From Octopus bimaculoides (taxonomy: Eukaryota): a DNA stretch of 64,000 nucleotides. The notes under the pieces are model-generated. The model was given only the letters and a program-made list of their open reading frames with translations, did no database searches and was not told the origin of the DNA. Numbering within the stretch: position 1 is the first letter of the stretch; each line of letters opens with the position of its first letter. This document shows, in pieces, positions 13,794 through 26,027 of the stretch. The stretch spans positions 62,324,461 through 62,388,460 of the forward strand of contig NC_068993.1 of assembly GCF_001194135.2 (NCBI RefSeq), given 5' to 3'. The position numbers and the translations under genes were made by a program.

Positions 13794-15000
13794 TTGTCAT
13801 AGTGATATATTACTTCTTATAATATATATATATNNNNNNNNNNNNNNNNNNNNNNNNNNNNNNNNNNNNNNNNNNTATATATATAGAAGACGAAGGCAGG
13901 TATATGTCAGAAGAATTATAAAATAAGGATTTCCAATGTTAGCAAAAAGCCATAAATTAGTGTTGGAGGATTATGATAAATAATATTGACCTCAGTATAT
14001 CAAAAACTAGATGAAATAAATTATTTACTGCAAAGACTATTCCTAAAGCACATGTGGTTTTGTATCAGTACTAAAAAAAAAAGACTTTTATATCATCATC
14101 ATCGTCATCATCATCATTATTAGATGCTCAATCATTCTCTGATCACTGATTATGTACTTAACTGAGCGTCAGTTGCCAGGTCGTTGATCTATGACAAAAG
14201 ACTTTAATGCCTTATAAAACATATTATTACGTCAAAAATAATAATAAAGTAAACGTGAACGTAATGATCTATGTGTTTTGAGAGCTACACTCACTCAGCA
14301 GCGATGGGATTTGCCTGTTTGTTTTATACTTATAACTAACACGAAAAACTAATATAGTTCGTATGCTAACATAGAAAATACGTAGATTTATTTATAGTGG
14401 CCTCTATTTGTTTATTTTTTTTCTCCTTTTATTCTAACTCTAAACGCTTTATTAAAATAACTTCTAAAGCCTACTCACCTAGATTTTCATTTATTTATTT
14501 ATTTGCTTTTTACAATACCTACCTCACTACCATCACTTATTTTACCTGTAAAATATATGCTTCTCCATGTACGATTCTCGTTTAAATAGATTTGCAGTTC
14601 TCTTCTTCGCAGTCGTCTCTTCTAGTTCTTAACTTGCACTTTTCTGCTTCTCTCTTTCTCTCTTTCCCCACCTCTCTCCGTCTCCCACCCCTCTCTCTCT
14701 CTCTTCATAATCCCAAATTCTTTCTGAACAACTAAACTATTTTCATCCCTCTAATTTTCGTAATTTTCATTTCTCGAATGTTTCCATTCGATGAGGCCCC
14801 GTCATTGTCTAGCAAGGCGCCGAGATGGCAGACACGACAGACAGTCGATCTAAAATAAAACAGCAGCATTATCTACATTCTATTATCTACATTCTCAGTT
14901 CTGATCCAGTCAGGTCTGCTTTGCCCTTATTCTTCAAGGAATCAATAATATAATCACCGGTTGATTAGCAGCAGTTTGCTCTAATCGAGCAGGCATATTA

Positions 15001-15134
15001 TTGGTTTCAAATTGGGCACAAGGCCAGCAATTTCGAAGGAGAAGGTAATTTGATTACATCAACCTTTGTGCTCAACTGGTATTTATTTTATCGACCCCAA
15101 TGACATGAAGAGCAAAGTCGACCTCGGCGGAAAT
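15001..15134 (-). mobile_element. Family A SINE, head missing
   Basis: GGTTTCAAATTGGGCACAAGGCCAGC..GTCGACCTCGGCGG. Confidence 0.8.
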
Positions 15135-15227
15135 GAGCAGGCGTATTATATACATTCCAGGCGTGACAGTTTTCTTAATTTCAGATAAGATATCGCGAAA
15201 TTTCCATCATCTAATAAAACCTTACTC

Positions 15228-15409
15228 CAGTTCTATATTTAAGAGATGAGGAATTATGTACATTATTTACATTATTTACATTCGACGGATATTTTATCCT
15301 CATCTTGTTTGTTGTTAACACAACGTTTCGGCTGATATACTCTCCAGCCTTCATCAGGTGTCTTGGGGAAATTTCGAACCTGGGTTCTCATTCCTAAGGT
15401 ATTTTTCGA

Positions 15410-15485
<76 letters not shown>

Positions 15486-15577
15486 GTTGTTGTTGTTGTT
15501 GTTTAGGTCACTGCTTGGAATCGAACTCGGAATCTTGGGGTTAGTAGCCCGCACTGTTAATCACTATACCATATGCC
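15228..15577 (-). mobile_element. tRNA-derived SINE, family C, copy 2 (full length, long AAT tract)
   Basis: Reverse complement of the same head, an (AAT/AAC)n tract of about 30 triplets, the hammerhead and the tail ending CTCTTAAATATAGAACTG. Confidence 0.92.
15317..15362 (-). ncRNA. Minimal type I hammerhead ribozyme (intact core)
   Basis: Minus strand reads GACAC CUGAUGA A GGCUG gagaguauau CAGCC GAAA CG UU GUGUU: stem I GACAC/GUGUU, core CUGAUGA plus an extra A, 5-bp stem II, GAAA, loopless palindromic stem III (ACGU) and a GUU cleavage triplet. Confidence 0.75.
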
Positions 15578-17199
15578 TGTAGGCTACTAACCACAGGATT
15601 CCGAGTTCGATGGCTACTTTATCTTGCATGAACTTTAACACATCGTTGAGGCGCACTCGTTTGCTTGTGGTCATTACAACTGGTTCGAGCAAGACTACGA
15701 TTAAACGCGTCCCATATAGTGTATCGAAGTTTAATGTATCCATTATAAGTTCGTTCAAGATGCTAGGCAGAGCCTTCCAAACTTATCTCATTGGCGGTAC
15801 ACATTTCGAAAATTAACTGAACTGAATATCATATCACGTCACTCGCCTCGTAGCTAACTCTATGCAGAGCTATGAAATCTATGAAATCTACTTCACAGCC
15901 ACATATCCGTAAAAATTGTCTTAAGTGCTTATCAGCGATAAATGTAACGTCACGTTGTTTAGGAATCTCTGCGATGGAGTGATTTGGAGGGATATTTTAC
16001 TGTTATTTTTAGCATGTTGAGCAACTATGTCGAGGAAACCGATAGTAGATCTGATATGCTAGAAACTACAGATATTAAATACTGTCATATAGAAAGATTT
16101 ATTTTTCTGAATCAGCTATAGCCTTTTCTAAATCTGGATTTACTTTGATCTTATCGAACCTCGGGTTATATCTGATCCAACAAGCCTGTAATAAAAGGTA
16201 TTCGAGTCATGCCCATCCAGTTTTACTTTTACCTGTGCCCTTTGCTTTTTAAGATGGTGGAATAACTGATCGTTCTAGTAGGTCGAGCGACTGCGTAAAG
16301 GTTTCTCTTTGGATCTAAAGCAAAACTTCTATTCCTTATCGTAGCTAACATAAACATTAATCACATCAAATTATATTGTCGGTGTTTAGACATGCAGCGT
16401 GTCAGACACACTCCTTTCATCTCATCTTATTTCATTCATTTTCTCTTTATCACAATCACTTTATTATAAACACCGTTTTCACTTTATTTCTTTTCTTTGT
16501 TCCCTTCATACAATTCCATCTAAAAATGCGGTCCTGTTTTTAATATTTCAAATTGAGGTCACCACCTATAAATTGACCTAAACTGTTACATTATTCCACC
16601 CCTCCAAATACAGAGCAATTTTTCATATTAAGTAATCTCTTTTAAATGAAGAGGTTTCGTCAAACAAAATCTTGCTGCAGTTATCGAATAGTTTGATATG
16701 ATACTATCGATTTGATTACAGTTCGGTGAACTAGCCAATACCTTTCCGTGTGTAATAAAGAAAGCTATTAATTATTTTAATGTTTTCTGCATTGATTGGC
16801 TCCACTGATTGATGATGTAATGCTGTCATTTAATATGATCGACGTAATAGCAAAACATTGAACAGATATGATCTTCTGTCGATCTGAGTTTGAAAACCGA
16901 TTTCAGTTTTCCAATTGAACCAATCGCATTTTAATTAAAATGTCGGAGGTTCGCATTTTGAGTCCGGATCCAGGTTATTTACGACTGAAGTATTTTGTTC
17001 CATCTAGCTTTACGATAGGTTTGGAACAGCTTATTTTCGTTTCGCTTTTGAGGAAACCATTTAAACAATTCCCAAACGCATCGCAAAAAACTCATTATTT
17101 ATTTGATATAAAACTGAGGCTTTGTGACCACGGAAACGCTTATATTCTTTTTAATATATGGCAAATGATCTTAACATAAATAAAAAAAAAATGAATAAA

Positions 17200-17313
17200 T
17201 ACCTATCGGCCGCAGAAACCCGCGATATATTGAAGAGTCTGCAATGTAAATTTGCATATATTAGCTAGAAAAATCCGCGATGTACTGAGTGCGCGATAGG
17301 CGAGGGATTACTG
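17200..17313. mobile_element. One end of a Tigger/pogo-type MITE
   Basis: Ends CGCGATAGGCGAGGGATTACTG-TA, the reverse complement of the TIR at 44163. Confidence 0.55.
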
Positions 17314-17414
17314 TATATACCACATGTATATGTATGTGCGTGTTATATGCGTGTAAGAAAATGCATGTGTGTATGCTTAGCTTCATGTGTTAAGTCTGAG
17401 TTTGTCTGTACCTC

Positions 17415-17499
17415 TATGTATGTGATCGTCTGCATATGTATGTGATCGTCTGCATATGTATGTGATCGTCTGCATATGTATGTGATCGTCTGCATATGT
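17415..17499. repeat. 20-bp minisatellite (TATGTATGTGATCGTCTGCA) x4
   Basis: Perfect tandem units. Confidence 0.97.
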
Positions 17500-18188
17500 G
17501 TTACGTAGTTGCATTTATTCAAATGTATCTCTTCTATTTTCCCTTCTTATCACTCCATCCTTCTCGTTCATATATTTCTGACTAGCATTCTAGACGCCTG
17601 TACGTCTATCTTTCACCTCTCATTCTTCCATATCATTAAACTCTCTTTCTCTTTGTCTCTCACACTTTCTCACTTTCTCATTCTACGTCACTTCCTCCTT
17701 TGCTCTCCCTAACCCGCCATTAATCTAAATATAAATAACAAATTGTACTAATGAAACATCTTCAACAAAAACATCCGAAACAAAAATGTTTAATATTAAG
17801 CATCACGTGTCTGCTGTAAAAATGAAATAAGCTCCCAGTAATTCATATTCTGCGAACCGTTTTCAATTTCCGCCTGGAACCAATTCGCTGAAGTTTGGTT
17901 GATAATGAAGAAAGTAATGGCTATTACATTGTTTTATTTTTTTTATCTCTTTTTTAAAATGTTTTGTGAAAAGGTAATTAATTAAAAGCAACATGGTGGC
18001 GGCAGAGCTTCCGATTAGTTTTATTATGAGTTCAAATCCCGCTGTTTTTAACTCTTCCAGGATTGATGGAATAAGTTCGAATTGTTATTGTCACTGTTTA
18101 ACTTCGGGTAAGTCGTCCTGGTTTCAGCAGGCCTATGATCAAAAGCGCTCAAGTTATGGCCACCGTGTTTAATCTATATCGTCAAGAC

Positions 18189-18350
18189 TAGTGGTTCTCA
18201 ACAAGGGGTCCATACGGCCTTTGTGAACCCAAATAGGATCATGTTACAATTAATGGGAAATAAACTAGTTATACAATACATGAAATATTAAAACAATGTT
18301 CTTTGCAATTCTTAATAATATTTAATCATAAAAATATAACAGGAGTTTTT
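18189..18350. mobile_element. Possible hAT/Charlie-type MITE end
   Basis: TAGTGGTTCTCAACAAGGGGTCCAT resembles hAT-Charlie termini; no partner TIR found. Confidence 0.35.
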
Positions 18351-18476
18351 AGGCACACGACCGCTGATCTCGGTGGAATTTGAACTCAAAACGTAAAGTT
18401 GGACGAACGTCACTAAGCATTTTGGCCGGCGTTCTGATGACTCTGCCAGCTCACTGCCTTGTGTCTAGATTATAAA

Positions 18477-18525
<49 letters not shown>

Positions 18526-19149
18526 ATACATACATATATACATACATATATACATACATATCAAATGTTTTGTTATACTTATGTTACGTCCCTTTACGTT
18601 TGGAATTTAAATGCTATCTGAATTGTCTTAGTCATTCATCCTTATGAGGCTTGTAAAATAAGATACCAATCATGTACCCGAATAGATTCTATCAATTATG
18701 GTCCACTAACAAAATAAACAAACAATTCCGAATCTTAATCGTTACTTAAAATCGTTACTTAAGTAAGGCAACGCTGAAGTGGATGTGATATAATGTAAGC
18801 TGTAATATACGCCATCTGTTATTTATTATCTCCCTTCATATTCTCAAGGCTTGATTCAACCAGTGAGGGCGCGTTCACGTTCAGGTTCATGAGATTGACA
18901 TTCTAAGTAACGAGCAGTAACGTACTGATGAGATTCAAAGTGGGTGTTTGATAAAATCGGTTTTCCACAATGTGTGGCTTTATGCTAATGCTTAGAAGCT
19001 ACGATTATTTAGAAGCATTTAGCATGACCGAACACATGACAGACAACCTAGTAGATTCTTCGCTGAAATTAACTGAACAAAGGAAAAGAACTTTAGAAGT
19101 TTGTTTAATTTTCTGTAGTTGAATAAAAACTAAATGAAAACGTTAACAC

Positions 19150-19330
19150 GCTGAGCAAAATGTTTAACGGCGTTTCATCCGTTCTGAGTTCAAATTTCGT
19201 CGGGAGTTGACATTACTTTACATTCTTTCGGGGTCAACAAAATAAGTACCAGTTGAGCTGAGGGGGTCGATGTAATCGACTTATCCCACTTCCCGACATT
19301 TCTGGTTTTGTGACAAAATTTGAAACCAAT
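19150..19330 (+). mobile_element. Family A SINE
   Basis: GTTCTGAGTTCAAATT..GGGGTCAACAAAATAAGTACCAG..AAAATTTGAAACC. Confidence 0.8.
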
Positions 19331-19616
19331 CAAAAGCTAAATATATACATTTTAATGTACAAAATTCGTTTTTAGTTGTTGATAATAAATAACCTTGTAA
19401 TTATTATTGCGATGCATTTTAAACTAAGGAAGCATTATCATCATCATCATCAGCATTATCAGGCTACCATTATCATCGTTATCAACATTATCATGATCAT
19501 AATTGTTATGAAGTTCACTATCATCAGTATCAGGATCATTATAAAGCTAATCCCCAATACCATGACCATTATCATCATCAACATTGTGATGATCACTATA
19601 CTTACGATCATAATCT

Positions 19617-19732
19617 TACATTATTGGAGTCTACATTATTGGAGTCTACATTATTGGAGTCTACATTATTGGAGTCTACATTATTGGAGTCTACATTATT
19701 GGAGTCTACATTATTGGAGTCTACATTATTGG
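19617..19732. repeat. 15-bp minisatellite (TACATTATTGGAGTC) x7 plus an 11-bp partial unit
   Basis: Perfect tandem units counted directly. Confidence 0.97.
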
Positions 19733-19900
19733 TCAGGTGGTGTAAACGAAATTATTTGGCTACTCTTTATGACTTCTATTCTTGTTATTCTGTTATTATT
19801 GATAGTATTTCGACTTTGGCCATGCTGCAGCACTAAGTACAATGGTTTTAAAAAATCATATCGATACCAGTATTTATTTTTTTAATATCTGGCAATTATT

Positions 19901-20104
19901 AAGGTGGCGAGCTGGCAGAATCGTTAGGACGCCGGGCGAAATGCTTGGCGGTATTTCGTCTGTCTACGTTCTGAGTTCAAATTCTGTTGAGGTCGACTTT
20001 GTCTTTCCGATAAATTAAGTACCTGTTACGCACTGGGGTCGATCGAATCAACTAGTCCCCCTTCCCCTAAAATTTCGGGCCTTGTGCGTAGAGTAGAAAA
20101 GAAT
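19901..20104 (+). mobile_element. Family A SINE (tail TAGAGTAGAAAAGAAT)
   Basis: A box TGGCAGAATCG, B box GAGTTCAAATT, family core. Confidence 0.88.
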
Positions 20105-20376
20105 AGCTGGAAATTATTTTATCGTTCTCTTTCTGTCGAACCGTTAATTTACGGGTTATGAATAAAACATAGACACGGACAAGAAAGCAGACATAAACAC
20201 AGACATGAACGCACACACATACGAGGGGTTTCTGCAAAAATTCCATCAATCAAAGTGCGCTCAGAAAGCGTTGGTCGAATCGAGGTTGTAGAAGATACTT
20301 TCTTAAGCAGGCACACAGTGAAACTTAACCTGAAACAAAACACGTTGACTATTTTGGAGACAATTGGAACAAAATT

Positions 20377-20594
20377 ATTCTTTTCTACTCAAGGCACGAG
20401 GCCCAAAATTTTTGGGGAGGGGGGTCAGTCGATTACATCGACCCCAGAACGCAACTGGCACTTAATTTATCGACTCCGAAAGGATGAAAGGCAAAGTCGA
20501 CCTCGGCGGAATTTGAACTCAGAACACAAAGACAGACGAAATACCGCTAAACATTTCGCCCGGCGTGCTAACGTTTCTGCCAACTCACCGCCTT
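20377..20594 (-). mobile_element. Family A SINE, full length
   Basis: Reverse complement of the 19901 subtype. Confidence 0.88.
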
Positions 20595-21859
20595 TTTTTA
20601 GAATAAACTTATTACCAAAGCAAATCTACCCTGTAATAATATTACACGTGGCCTGGTAGCATTTCTACTCAAAGTGGATGTTGTGCTAGAACACAAAATA
20701 TTGCGTTATTTACTACAAGAGGACCTCTCTTATGGACTTGTGGCACTCATGTTTATGTCGCTGGAGAGTGAAGAAGCGGAGGTTATCGCTCGTCAGTGAT
20801 ATAAACAGGAGTGCTTTTATGCAGCACAAATGCATTTGAGAGGGCCTTCTCGTGGTAAATCACGCAGCATTTTGTGTATTAACACAACATGCACTTTAAA
20901 TGGAAGATAAATATTACCTTTTGGTATTAATACTGCATCTGTCGTTATCAACTATTTTACTCGTGACATATTTATAAAATTTAGAGTGTAAAGATGTGAA
21001 AATAAAGCAAAAAGAAAATTAGAAAGAAAATATGAGAAGGTAATCCACAAAATATAAAAACAAGTACGTAAATCAATGAATAAAATGAATAAACATAAAC
21101 GAAATAAAGTAGCTGGAAAATATAAATTAGCATAGTAAAATGAAAACAAAGATATTGTTGGTTGGTACTGTAGCATCCCTGACGAGGCGACCTTGTTTTT
21201 CAGGCGTAATAATCATTCATTATCCTATTAGTCGTTCCCTTTTGTAAAACGGTTTGATTTAAGCACTTAACTGATATTTGTAGAGGGTCGAACAACCACA
21301 ACCACAGAAATTTCTATGTTTGGTACAAAATCAATAAATTCACAGAGCAGAGGTAGAATGAAGTGAATCGATATTACATCGAATCACAGAACATTACTGG
21401 TCATTCGTTATGTTATCGATTTGTGGTGGTACTTAATGAAAGTGAAAATTAATCTCGGCAGAATTTCAATAGAGAACATAAAGCGAGGGAAGTAAATAAC
21501 GTAAAACCCGATATAAACTCACTTTAAAAAAAAAAAAACAGAAAGAACAAATATAGAATATAGGAAAGTGTTATGCTTAAAAAAAGAAAATCAAATCATA
21601 AAACGATTGCAGAGTGGAAGACACGTTTCAGCCATTTAAAAACACACAAAAACTGCTAACTTCAGTCGTTCTGGTTGGGTGCTCATAGTTGGTCATGAGC
21701 AACCAACCAGAACGAGTGACCTAATTAGAATAGAACAAAAAACTCTGCTGCCTATGTCTATATCAACCAACAACCTCATAAACTAGATGCTGAGGAATCG
21801 TGTCAGTGACCAAGTCGTAGATGGCGCGAGGAAAGTTTTGACACCAAATAAGAAATGTT

Positions 21860-22070
21860 TACGAGGGGGTGTAGGAAAGTTCCTGTAAAAGAAAATACAG
21901 GAAGATCAGTCAATTGGGTGCATTCAACATATCATCCTCTCAGATTTGCACACTTATTGCAGCGGTCCTTCAGTTTTTCTAAGCCCTGTAAAAGAACTCG
22001 GAAGGTTGGGCTTCTAGCCAGGCCTTTCGCGACACCCTTAAAGCCACGAAAGTTTTAACAGCCCTTCGTA
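21860..22070. mobile_element. Mariner-derived MITE
   Basis: Imperfect TIRs TACGAGGGGGTGTAGGAAAGTTC / reverse complement TACGAAGGGCTGTTAAAACTTTC, with TA at both ends. Confidence 0.65.
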
Positions 22071-22300
22071 AGTGAAGTTAACAGTCTTTGTGTGTGTGTG
22101 TGTGTGTGTGTNNNNNNNNNNNNNNNNNNNNNNNNNNNNNNNNNNNNNNNNNNNNNNNNNNNNNNNNNNNNNNNNNNNNNNNNNNNNNNNNNNNNNNNNN
22201 NNNNNNNNNNNNNNNNNNNNNNNNNNNNNNNNNNNNNNNNNNNNNNNNNNNNNNNNNNNNNNNNNNNNNNNNNNNNNNNNNNNNNNNNNNNNNNNNNNNN

Positions 22301-22392
22301 GTCCCCGTAACTTAGCGGTTCGGCAAAAGAGACCGATAGAATAAGTACTGGGCTTACAAAGAATAAATCAAATGACTGAAACGAGAAAAAGA
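22301..22392 (+). mobile_element. Family B SINE 3' module fragment after a gap
   Basis: GTCCCCGTAACTTAGCGGTTCGGCAAAAGAGACCGATAGAATAAGTACTGGG..AATGACTGAAAC. Confidence 0.75.
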
Positions 22393-23670
22393 GTAAATGT
22401 TTATATCAGTTAATCTATTTTCGACCTTTCGACCCCCTTCGTTGTGTTTTTTTTGCTTCATTTTTTGTTTAATCAAATTTGAAGGATGCAGATTCACATA
22501 TCTCACCAAGAGAGCAATGATAGTCCGCTGCAGCAGTTCTCAGCCGAGTGAAATGTTTCTATGGTTTTGGCACACGTCTTATATGAGTAACATACGAAGA
22601 TGGTCAACGACTCACAGGAAGTTGATTCGAAATCAGAATTCGCGAACTGGTAGTAATAAATTGGTTGCTTCGCATTAGCTTGTCTATTCCGTGCAGAATC
22701 TGAGGCATTGGACTTATGTAAGAAAGAATATCATCTATTCTGAAGTAAACAGAATGTAGTTTTCTTTTTCTTATGAAACATTATATGCTACTCATTTACC
22801 TTGGCTTCGTATACTGACAGAAAAAATAAACCATTTTTTTTATCATATCAGTTTACGAATACGTGTCTTTTTATATTATTTTATTCTCGGCTGAATGGTT
22901 CTGCTTTAAACACGAGATATTTCTTTTCTCCAAGGTACATAAACAAAACATGTGCTTTTCGTAATGATTCTAATGTAACTTCGGTCACCAAAATAGAAGA
23001 CTTTACTTTCCGAGTGGTTGGAAAAGAAAATAGTAATTCTAACGATGTTCGAGCATGTCTTCAAGAAACCAAATATATGGAAGAACATTAAACAATTTTG
23101 TCCGATTTTTACTATGGAAGTGGATTCCATGAATCAATAGCAGTAAATACCGAAGAGCGTTTAGTCAGACATTAGCCGTGTCTGATTCTCTGCAAAACTG
23201 GTTAATTTGACCTTCACTCCGTTAACGCTTCTTACTTTCCTTCCATGTTGCACTACTTTTAATAAGAAATTCTTCTCCATTTATCGCAGAGTAATTCATA
23301 TAAGTTTATTCACTGTCACTGCTGTGCTTTGAATAAGACATTGAAACTATCATACTCACAGAACTGGTAACAGGTGAGAACTGAAAATAGCTCTGTGGTT
23401 TACTAATTCGCTACGTCGTGATGGAATTTTCCCACACGAAGATTGAGTGATGATTTGAAAGAAATGCGATATCTTGACAGATTTACGGATATAAAACACG
23501 GAACATGAACCTAAATAAATAAGAAAATGCCAACATGGCAAGCAAACGGAGCGCTGCATATATTCACACCTTGTCTTATTTTCGTATTAAAACTTATATT
23601 GCATCCGATTTTTGTAAATAGTATAAAAAAATAATAAATTAGTTGAACTCATCACTTGTAACACTAATAT

Positions 23671-23911
23671 ATTCTTTTATTTGTTTCAGTCAATTCACTG
23701 TGGCCATGCTGGAGCACCACCTTTAGTCGAACAAATCAACCCCAGGACACGGACACACACAAATACGACGGACTTCTTTCAGTTTCTGTCTACCAAATCC
23801 ACTCACAAGGCTTTGGCCGTCCCGAGTCTATAGTAGGAGACACTTGCCCAAGGTACCACACTTGCCCAAGGTGCTACTTGCCCAAGGTGCCACTTGCCCA
23901 AGGTGCCACAC
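23671..23911 (-). mobile_element. Family B SINE with internal deletion and CORE-domain tandem expansion
   Basis: 3' tail joined to the 5' module; ACTTGCCCAAGGT repeated four times at 23841-23910. Confidence 0.8.
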
Positions 23912-24673
23912 GTGACTTTTCAACGATATACATAGGTTACATGTGTCATATAGGTAAAAATTATTTTAACGTTGCTTGAATTTGCTTCGAAAACTAATGT
24001 AAAATGTTAACTATCTCATCTATTTAAATAACTGTCCCTGATTATATAAAATCCGAAGCTCGCAAACTATTATAGAAAATAAAAATCAGAATAAAACTAA
24101 TTTCTATCAACGATGATACAATTATGAAACACGGAGATCATAGAATGTTTCGTCCATTATTATCATTTTTATCAGAAACAACTCAGTATAGAAACTATCA
24201 CGAAACTATCGTATATTATTCGACTCTAAAAGATCTGGATATCAAAAATCGCAGCGACTCCAGAGTAATGAAATGGAGAAAAACGTCGAGCGAAATGACG
24301 CCATTAAAATAGATTTAAAAAAAAAAATAGAGACTAAACAAACAAACAAAACGTAAAGTAAAACAGAACCGTAACACAAGAATGTAACCATTCTAGCAAC
24401 AAGCAATTTAGTTTTATACATTTAGCGATTATCTTCGAGATTCCAATTTAAATAAATGTTGTGAATTATATTCTATGGGAATGAATATGTAACTCTGCAG
24501 TTGAGAGTGAGCATTTTGTGTGTATGTATGACCATAAATTACTTGAGTATGTATGAGGGTAAGGATATAAGTTAGTTACGTTCATAAACAACGTCATCAC
24601 GTGTATTTGCGTATACAAATGTAGAAGTCTGTTGGCAGATTTCGTTTAGCATATTTAAGTTATATATGTATAG

Positions 24674-24727
<54 letters not shown>

Positions 24728-25047
24728 NNNNNNNNNNNNNNNNNNNNNNNNNNNNNNNNNNNNNNNNNNNNNNNNNNNNNNNNNNNNNNNNNNNNNNNNN
24801 NNNNNNNNNNNNNNNNNNNNNNNNNNNNNNNNNNNNNNNNNNNNNNNNNNNNNNNNNNNNNNNNNNNNNNNNNNNNNNNNNNNNNNNNNNNNNNNNNNNN
24901 NNNNNNNNNNNNNNNNNNNNNNNNNNNNNNNNNNNNNNNNNNNNNNNNNNNNNNNNNNNNNNNNNNNNNNNNNNNNNNNNNNNNNNNNNNNNNNNNNNNN
25001 NNNNNNNNNNNNNNNNNNNNNNNNNNNNNNNNNNNNNNNNNNNNNNN

Positions 25048-25089
<42 letters not shown>

Positions 25090-25827
25090 CATATATACAT
25101 ACAAAATACAGGATAATAAAGTCTGGAATACTTTTAGTCATGCAGTTTATTTAATGAGGGTGGCCTGCAGTTAAAAAATAACAACCCTTCGACCCAGCAT
25201 TCGATCCTGTGAAAGAGGGTCTATGATTTTACTTGCGCTGCTAGAAATATCAGTCACTGCCCATCCAATCACATGTTAACATCTTTAAAAAAATGTGCAG
25301 TGCATACTAGAACATACTGTTTAGAAGAGACCTACTGAAATGATATGGCAATGGATCGACTGAATTTTGAAAAATTATAGGTCTCCTCGCTCGAGTTTGA
25401 CCCCAAGACAAAGCGACAGCCACAAAACTAGTAGCAGCATTTCAGCTGCTGCTAGTTCATTAACTCAGTTACTGATCTAAGATCATTAACTCAGTTACTG
25501 ATCTATTTTCGCTTAAAGTATGTCCTTTAGACAGGACATAGGTTAAGTTGAAATAGAAATCTAAGGTCATTCAGGCGGAAATATATGTTGATTAAGTATC
25601 TAAATGTCTGAAATAAGTTGTTACTATGATTAAACATGTTCAGGCTATTAAACACATCTTTAAAGATGAACATTATTTTAATATTTGCAGCCGCAAAATG
25701 AAATTAATAGTTAAAAAAAAAAGAAAAAACAATTATGAGAGGCGTCGTCGTTGGAATTGTTTTTGTTTACCTTTCGTTATTGTTGTTTTGCCTCAAATCA
25801 CCTTAGTTCGTTCGTCCTGTCTTTATA

Positions 25828-26027
25828 GAGGCGGCAAGCTAACAACACCATTGACGCGCCGGGCAAAATGCTTAGCGGCGTTTCGTTAGTTTTTACGTTC
25901 TGAGTTCAAATTCCGCTGAAGTAGACTTTGCCTTTCATTCTTTCGGGGTCGATAAAATAAATACTAATTGAACACCGGTATTGATATAATCGACTTTGCT
26001 GGCCTTCTGCTAGAATTTGAAACCAAT
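25828..26027 (+). mobile_element. Family A SINE
   Basis: GCTTAGCGGCGTTTCG..GAGTTCAAATTCCGC..GCCTTTCATTCTTTCGGGGTCGATAAAATAA. Confidence 0.82.

Noticed and set aside
19617-19732. CRISPR-like array
   Set aside because: Contiguous identical units with no spacers, in eukaryotic DNA; the same applies to 17415-17499.
21176-21215. CTGACGAG as a hammerhead core
   Set aside because: No GAAA or convincing stems II and III follow.
25457-25505. 23-bp direct repeat with a 3-bp spacer (similar small duplications near 14868, 18740 and 48350)
   Set aside because: Ordinary local slippage duplications with no further structure.
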